From Cyanophyceae cyanobacterium (GTDB taxonomy: Bacteria > Cyanobacteriota > Cyanobacteriia > Cyanobacteriales > JBHJGN01): a DNA stretch of 64,000 nucleotides. The DNA lies in the NCBI GenBank assembly GCA_050331735.1, contig JBHJGN010000020.1:46683-110682 (forward strand), read 5' to 3'. A program made the translations under genes and the position numbers. Numbering within the stretch: position 1 is the first letter of the stretch; the number at the start of each line of letters is the position of its first letter. A model generated the notes under the pieces. It saw only the letters and a list, made by a program, of their open reading frames with translations, searched no databases and had not been told where the DNA came from. Shown in pieces: positions 58,208 to 64,000 of the stretch.

Positions 58208-59515
58208 ATGATGTTGTCTAAATCTGTTTTTAGTTCCGCTTTGGTGTTTCCAATGGACCAGCTTCGTTTTTTCTCCCAATCAAGAGTGTTCGGTAGAGCA
58301 ATTCCTGCTGGATTGGCCGCTCTCGCCGTCAGCGTGTGCTTGAATAGCCAACCAGCCCAGGCATCGCTCGAAGATAGCCCTAAAACAGTCGTGGATGAAG
58401 TTTGGCAGATTGTTAACAAGCGCTATGCAGGCAGGAACTTCAACCAAGGTGATTGGCAGAGAACGAGGCAGGAGCTACTGAGTAAAAACTATACCAGTGA
58501 AGCAGAGGCCTATCAAGCAATTCAACAAGCGCTCAAGCAACTTGGAGACCCTTATACTCGTTTCCTTGAGCCAAAAGAGTACGAAGAGTTAACAAGCCGC
58601 ACGTCAGGGGAACTGACTGGAGTGGGTCTTCAGCTAGAAATTGAGCAGCAATCTCAGCAATTAACAGTTGTTGAACCGCTCGAAAATTCTCCAGCTATGC
58701 AGGCTGGAATTAGATCAGGAGACAAAATTATTCAGATCGACGAACAGCCGACGGCGTTCATGAATTTAGCTCAGGCAACGGAAGCGCTCAAAGGACCAGA
58801 GGGGACAGAAGTACGCCTCAAAATTTCCCGCGCAGGACAGGGAACGTTAAACGTGACGCTCACTCGCGCGCAGGTAGAAATGCCTTCGGTGGACTATGCC
58901 GTTAAGCAAGAAGATGCAATGCGCGTTGGCTACATTAAGCTAGACGAATTTAGTTCCCATTCCGCCGAACAGATGCAGCGAGCGATCGCAGACCTGAGCG
59001 ATGACCAAATCGCTGGTTTTGTGCTCGACTTACGCGGAAATCCTGGTGGTTTGCTGTTTGCCAGCATCGATATTGCCCGCATGTGGATGCCCGAAGGAGC
59101 AATCGTGCGTACCGTTGAGCGGGAAACGGCAGATCAGACCCGCTGGGCCAACGGCACGGCCCTAACGGATTTACCTCTCGTGATTCTAGTTGATAACCGC
59201 TCGGCAAGCGCCAGCGAAATTCTGGCCGGGGCGCTTCAAGAAAGCAACCGCGCTACGGTAGTAGGCACTCGAACCTACGGAAAAGGAACGGTTCAGTCGG
59301 TCCACAGCCTCTCCGATGGCTCTGGATTAGCCGTGACGGTGGCTCGATATTATCCCCCTAGCGGCATTAATATTAGCCGTCGCGGTATTGTTCCAGATGT
59401 CGAACTTGATTTATCAATGGAGCAGCAGCGTCGTCTCAAGTCTGACCCTTCCATGGTCGCTACCAAAGCCGATCCCCAGTACGCTAGAGCGATCGCGCTC
59501 CTAAGATCTCGCTAA
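58208..59515 (+). CDS. ctpB: C-terminal processing peptidase (S41, CtpB-like) with PDZ domain
   Basis: LGDPYTRF, PDZ GVGL, LDLRGNPGG, SASASEI, GKGTVQ; paralogue assignment tentative. Confidence 0.85.
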   Translation: MMLSKSVFSSALVFPMDQLRFFSQSRVFGRAIPAGLAALAVSVCLNSQPAQASLEDSPKTVVDEVWQIVNKRYAGRNFNQGDWQRTRQELLSKNYTSEAEAYQAIQQALKQLGDPYTRFLEPKEYEELTSRTSGELTGVGLQLEIEQQSQQLTVVEPLENSPAMQAGIRSGDKIIQIDEQPTAFMNLAQATEALKGPEGTEVRLKISRAGQGTLNVTLTRAQVEMPSVDYAVKQEDAMRVGYIKLDEFSSHSAEQMQRAIADLSDDQIAGFVLDLRGNPGGLLFASIDIARMWMPEGAIVRTVERETADQTRWANGTALTDLPLVILVDNRSASASEILAGALQESNRATVVGTRTYGKGTVQSVHSLSDGSGLAVTVARYYPPSGINISRRGIVPDVELDLSMEQQRRLKSDPSMVATKADPQYARAIALLRSR

Positions 59516-59537
59516 TCCATCGATGTTCCGATAGCTT

Positions 59538-60761
59538 TCAGCTCTTTTCCCCTAGCCCTTGACCCTTTCCCCATCGCAAAGCGACAGCAGCTTGAGAGCT
59601 TCTCAAGGACCGTCGGTTTCCCCAACCCAGGCCATATTTACCGACCACTCTCAGAGGCCGAATCAGGTAATACAGAAAAGCTAGACGTTGAGGAAGGGCC
59701 AGCATAGCTAAGTCTCTTTCGTTGGGAACAAGCAGAGGAGCTAGATAGCGTAGTTTTTCTGGCCAAGTCTCTCCCAGTTGGCTCATGGATACAAGCCATC
59801 GTTCTGCTAGTTTGTAATTCCCTGGCAAGAACAATCTAGCCTGAATCTGAGCAGCCACAGAGTAAGCGATCGCCTCTTTGAGTAATTCTGGCGGCAACTC
59901 GGTTCCAAGACAGTTCTGAGCGAGCAGCAGCCCCAATGTTACCAGTCGCTGTACGCCTAAACGTTCGGCTCGTTGCTGAACCTGTGACCAGTTGAGGGGA
60001 GTCGTACAGAGTTCGTGAACGTCACAAATCCACTTCAGCTCGCGCCACTGATCCTTAGCTCCGTGAATGCACAACAGAATTAGCAAGTCTTCTCGCTGAA
60101 ACTGAGCTAAGGTTATGCCGTGAAAGGTAACCGGTTCCACTCGCTTCCAGAACGGCTCTAGGTCAATGCAGAACGGGGAGTATCTAGCTGCGTTGCCCCA
60201 GTGAAGCTCGAGTAGAACTTTGCCATCCTGACGAATAAACTTATACTCGTATTCAGAGTGCAGCAGCCGCGCTTCTTGGGCGGGAGTTAACTGAGAGAGC
60301 CGCTGATATCCGTGAGCCAACAGCAACTCCTTGGCTCTGAGAACATCTTGCTTGCGCACCACAATATCTAAATCGCAAAACGTCCGCAGCGCTGAGTTGC
60401 CGTAAACGAGAGCGGCCAGCAGCGGTCCTTTGTAGGGAACGACCCCAATCTGTTGCGCCTGAAACAGCTTCAGGAGCTTGAGGAGTTCGTTGGTCAGAAA
60501 GAGGTTATGAAGAGCATTGGCCTGAAAGCTTTTGCGGAGTTGAGCAAAAACTGGCGGCGGGACAGCTTGAGGACAAGTCGCCTGTAAGCCATTGAACAGC
60601 AGCGGCATGACGCTATGGGCGGCGGCGGTTTCCAGCAGATAGCTCCAGTCCAGCTCCTGCTGAAGCAGAACGCGAATTGAGCTAGCCACTTCCACGCTGA
60701 AGCAGGTTCTAGCACACAGCAGCAGCAGCTTCATAGAGCGTTGAGCGATCGCCTCCGTCAT
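59538..60761 (-). CDS. nucleotidyltransferase family protein (NTP_transf_5-like, RiPP/lasso-cluster associated)
   Basis: LDWS.LL..A..H.V.PL, YKGP.LA..VYG..ALR.FCDLDIVV, LELHW, LCIHG, LKWICD. Confidence 0.82.
   Translation of the reverse strand: MTEAIAQRSMKLLLLCARTCFSVEVASSIRVLLQQELDWSYLLETAAAHSVMPLLFNGLQATCPQAVPPPVFAQLRKSFQANALHNLFLTNELLKLLKLFQAQQIGVVPYKGPLLAALVYGNSALRTFCDLDIVVRKQDVLRAKELLLAHGYQRLSQLTPAQEARLLHSEYEYKFIRQDGKVLLELHWGNAARYSPFCIDLEPFWKRVEPVTFHGITLAQFQREDLLILLCIHGAKDQWRELKWICDVHELCTTPLNWSQVQQRAERLGVQRLVTLGLLLAQNCLGTELPPELLKEAIAYSVAAQIQARLFLPGNYKLAERWLVSMSQLGETWPEKLRYLAPLLVPNERDLAMLALPQRLAFLYYLIRPLRVVGKYGLGWGNRRSLRSSQAAVALRWGKGQGLGEKS
59544..59585 (-). repeat. hairpin + G-run repeat inside the nucleotidyltransferase 3' end
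   Basis: Reverse complement GTCGCTTTGCGAT GGGGAAAGGGTCAAGGGCTAGGGGAAAA. Confidence 0.7.
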
Positions 60762-60865
60762 TACCGTCTTGCCTCCCTGATAAACATCATCCTGAAACCC
60801 ACTCTGCTAGAAGAGTCACTGCACCAAATTTTGCTTTCCTCATCACTAATAATTAAATTCCGAAT

Positions 60866-62656
60866 TTACCGGTAATGTTGAGCCTGAGCTGTAAACAGGC
60901 GAGCATAAAGCCTGTTTAAAGACATAAGCTGATTATGGGTTCCGCTCTCAACGATCTTGCCTCGATCCATAACGTAGATAGTATCTGCCATTTTGACCGT
61001 CGAGAGACGATGGCTAATCAAAACGGCTGCCTGGTTCCTCAGCAGTTGGCGGAATTTGTCAAACACTTCCGCTTCAGCTCTTGGGTCCATCGCGCTCGTG
61101 GGTTCGTCGAGAATAACAATCTGAGAATCTCTTAAAAACGCTCGCGCCAGCGCCACTTTCTGCCACTGACCGATACTCAGTTCTTCTCCGGCGGCAAACT
61201 GCGTTCCTAGCATGGTGTGATAGCCGTGAGGCAGTTTGGTAATCATATCATCTGCTCCAGCACGACGAGCGGCGATCACAATGTCTGACTCAGTGGCATC
61301 TAGGTTGCCGACCCCAATATTGTCTCTAGCCGTCAAACTGTACTTGACAAAATCTTGAAATATAACGCTAATTTGTCGGCGCAGAGCCTTGGTTTCAAAA
61401 GCGCGCAGGTCAACGCCATCCAGCATAATCCTGCCCCCCGTTGGTTCGTAGAGTCGGCACAGCAGCTTAACAAGAGTTGTTTTCCCTGACCCGTTTTCTC
61501 CCACTAGCGCTACGACTTCTCCCGGTCGAATCACCATGTCAACGTGGTTGATCGCCTGTCGGGTACTGCGGGGGTAGCGAAAGCTAACCTGCTCAAACAC
61601 AATCCCTTTCGTCATCGGTTGAGGCACTGGCGGAGGATGCGCTGGTTCCGCCACCTTCGGCTGGAGCCGCAGAAATTCAGTAAGGTTGGTCAGAAACAAG
61701 TTATCTTCGTACAGACCCGATACTCCTCGTAGCAGCCCTTCTAACGTCGTTTGTCCGCGCTGGAAAACCTGATAGTACAGCACTAAATCGCCTAACTGAA
61801 ACACTCCACTAAGGGTTTGAAAAACCACGTAGACATAAACAGCGAAGACCAACAGAGTGCTAAAGCCTTGAGCCACTGCCGTCAAGATGGCTCGTTTCGA
61901 TAACACTACTAAACGTTCCTCATAGGCTTGCCGCCGCAGCCGACGACACCTTTGACTAAAATGAGAGCCAAGGTCAAACAGACGAATTTCTTTAGCCCAA
62001 GCTTCTCCTGTCAGTATCCGGCTCAGATAGTTAGCCTGTCTTTGTTGTGACGTCCACTGACGCTGCACCCGATACATCGTCTTGGCAAATTTCAGGCGTA
62101 CGCTCAAAGCAGGTAGTGCCGCACCGAACAAAACAACCGCCACTCCCCAGTAAAGAGACAGCAATAAACCGAGCATGGTGGCAAGAGCAACACTGTTTTG
62201 AGCGACCTGGACGAGATGGTTCAAAATTAGAGTGGGTCGGTACGGAGCTTCTTGCTGCGCTCGCTGGAGAGTATCGTAGTACTGAGGATTTTCGTAGTAC
62301 TCCAGGTCTACCTCAATCGATTTGGCATGCAGGACGGTTTCGAGGTAGTCTGTGACCCGTTCAGTTTGGGCGGCGTTGACCAGCTCTGACAGGGAACTAC
62401 AGACGCTCAGAAGTAGGTTAACCACGACCGCTAGGAGCAGCAAGAAGCCAACTTGACGAAAGTTTTCTTGGTCAGCCGTCAGGCTCGCAGCAACGACATC
62501 AACAATCAGCTTTGTCAGGTAGAGAGCCGCTACAGGCAACGTTCCCTGTAGCACTAACAGAACCAGCCGCACTAGCGTCCATCTAGAGCTACTTTGCCAG
62601 ATCAAGCGCAAGGCAGTAGCAAGGTGTAGGCTTTGTTGAATTTTTTGTCTCAACAT
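60866..62656 (-). CDS. ABC exporter, fused TMD + ATPase
   Basis: GENGSGKTT, LSIGQWQ signature, ILDEPTSAMD, ISHRLS; AKEIRLF in the TMD. Confidence 0.95.
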   Translation of the reverse strand: MLRQKIQQSLHLATALRLIWQSSSRWTLVRLVLLVLQGTLPVAALYLTKLIVDVVAASLTADQENFRQVGFLLLLAVVVNLLLSVCSSLSELVNAAQTERVTDYLETVLHAKSIEVDLEYYENPQYYDTLQRAQQEAPYRPTLILNHLVQVAQNSVALATMLGLLLSLYWGVAVVLFGAALPALSVRLKFAKTMYRVQRQWTSQQRQANYLSRILTGEAWAKEIRLFDLGSHFSQRCRRLRRQAYEERLVVLSKRAILTAVAQGFSTLLVFAVYVYVVFQTLSGVFQLGDLVLYYQVFQRGQTTLEGLLRGVSGLYEDNLFLTNLTEFLRLQPKVAEPAHPPPVPQPMTKGIVFEQVSFRYPRSTRQAINHVDMVIRPGEVVALVGENGSGKTTLVKLLCRLYEPTGGRIMLDGVDLRAFETKALRRQISVIFQDFVKYSLTARDNIGVGNLDATESDIVIAARRAGADDMITKLPHGYHTMLGTQFAAGEELSIGQWQKVALARAFLRDSQIVILDEPTSAMDPRAEAEVFDKFRQLLRNQAAVLISHRLSTVKMADTIYVMDRGKIVESGTHNQLMSLNRLYARLFTAQAQHYR

Positions 62657-62724
62657 GCATCAAGCTACAATTAACAGACTAACTGGCTGATTTGATAATT
62701 GCTCATTAAACATTGTTCACTGTT

Positions 62725-63840
62725 TTAGCTGTATCGTTCAGAAAGATTGCCAACGTGAGCGAGAGCTCGGGGGTAAGTGGGAAAGCGTTCGGGAAATTGT
62801 TCGGTGAGGTCTAGAGCGATCGCTCCCAGGGTTTCTCCGTCGCTCATCTTAGTCAGGACTAGGGCATCAATTTTTCCCGCTAGTGTTACTGTAGGCACGT
62901 AAGATTCGGCTCTTTTATAAAGGGTCCGGGAAAGCGGTTGGCTCAAGAAGGTAGATTGCCGAAACGGCTTCTGGGGAAGCTGAGCTTCCCACTGCCAAAT
63001 GTAGCGATCACCGACCAGATTAGCCCGCATCGTCACGGTAATCGTTTCAGTGGTAGCGCACTCAACAGGAGCCTGAAACGGAAAAAAAGCGCTGCCGTAG
63101 ATGAGTTCAGGGCTACCAGGAGCGTTAGAGTAGCCAATTCCGGGAGCGAGAACGGTATCAAACCACAAGAGCAGACCGTGAGCCGTTCCCGATAGAGGAG
63201 TCTCCCAAGTAAGCGTCGCCTCAATGTTGGGACTCTCGATCGTTTGATAGTCAAGGGTGGCCCAAATTTGAGGCTCGGCTAAAACCTTTTCTGGGGTCAC
63301 CTTGCTCTTGCCCCAGGTATTAATCGTGTAGCGACGGGCAAGGCGCAGATCGAATCCGTAAAGCTCATGCTCCCACGGTTGACTATGGCGACTGTAAAGT
63401 TCGGGCGCTTCGACAAGAGTGGCCCAAATTGTATCCCGTTGAGGAATCAGGATGCCGTTAGCCGTTAGCAAGCGCCGCCGCGCATCGATAACGGTGGGAA
63501 TATTCGGCCCAAACAGCGGCAAGACTCCGCGAATATCTGAAACAATCACATCGGCGGGCGGTAAACCTATTTCGGTGGTCAGCGCCTGAATAAACTCAAT
63601 GCGATCGCTATAGCCGTTCGCGACCGCCACCTGCTGAGCCACCTGAATCACCGGATCTGGCTCAACCGCGTATACTTTACGAGCACCGTACCGACAGGCA
63701 AGCAGGGCAAAAATACCGATTCCCGTGCCAATATCCAGCACCACCGAGTCTGGCTGAATGGTTTGGCGCAGTGCTTCGGCGTAAGCCTGAGTCCGAATTG
63801 AGTCGGCAATCATCTTGCCAAAACCAGAAATACTGTACAT
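62725..63840 (-). CDS. PRMT-like (protein arginine methyltransferase fold) class I SAM methyltransferase
   Basis: MIADSIRTQAY, VVLDIGTGIG..A...GARKVYAVE, DVIVSD..G, LL..NGILIP, HGLLLWFD. Confidence 0.85.
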   Translation of the reverse strand: MYSISGFGKMIADSIRTQAYAEALRQTIQPDSVVLDIGTGIGIFALLACRYGARKVYAVEPDPVIQVAQQVAVANGYSDRIEFIQALTTEIGLPPADVIVSDIRGVLPLFGPNIPTVIDARRRLLTANGILIPQRDTIWATLVEAPELYSRHSQPWEHELYGFDLRLARRYTINTWGKSKVTPEKVLAEPQIWATLDYQTIESPNIEATLTWETPLSGTAHGLLLWFDTVLAPGIGYSNAPGSPELIYGSAFFPFQAPVECATTETITVTMRANLVGDRYIWQWEAQLPQKPFRQSTFLSQPLSRTLYKRAESYVPTVTLAGKIDALVLTKMSDGETLGAIALDLTEQFPERFPTYPRALAHVGNLSERYS

Positions 63841-63860
63841 TAGCAATCAGCTTCCGATAG

Positions 63861-64000
63861 ATGAACTACCCCTGCTTACTTCGTTGAAGCAGGGGTTTCT
63901 AGCTTCGCAGGAAATTGCCTTGTCTTAGTCTTGCGACCGCGAGTTGGTCTGACATTTCCTCCACTAGCAGAGACGGGTGTTCCCTCCGTCTTTAGTAGTC
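63861..64000 (-). mobile_element. tnpB: IS200/IS605-family element right end: tnpB 3' tail and omega-RNA hairpin (element runs off the window)
   Basis: Minus-strand ...LLKTEGTPVSASGGNVRPTRGRKTKTRQFPAKLETPASTK* (stop 63876-63878); hairpin ACCCCTGCTT/AAGCAGGGGT; terminal GTAGTTCAT. Confidence 0.78.

Overview
Chromosomal window from a cyanobacterium: dozens of HIP1 GCGATCGC octamers, Fd-GOGAT glsF, sqdB/sqdX, and cyanobacterial gene orders (rpsL-rpsG-fusA-tufA-rpsJ; grpE-dnaK-dnaJ divergent from pilB-pilT-pilC). Most of it is housekeeping. Points of interest: (1) At the right edge, an operon tail encodes a PRMT-fold methyltransferase with altered active-site loops, a peptide-type ABC exporter and an NTP_transf_5-like nucleotidyltransferase. 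This resembles the tailoring/export end of a lasso-peptide/RiPP cluster, and an IS200/IS605 tnpB right end sits 20 nt upstream of its first ATG. (2) A two-gene, membrane-anchored GAP1-N-like + GTPase-TM-TPR module lies at 31.9-34.1 kb. (3) A decaying stress/signalling island at 41-48 kb holds a truncated PAS kinase, two receivers lacking the phosphoacceptor Asp, a Crp, an ADH/transaldolase deletion chimera and a dodecin frameshifted by a 44-bp hairpin. (4) A family of tiny hairpin + G-run repeats shows compensatory stem changes and has extended three C-termini. (5) There is an unannotated 36-aa membrane peptide beside tRNA-His and a structured glsF leader. All family calls come from motif recognition by eye; no searches were run.
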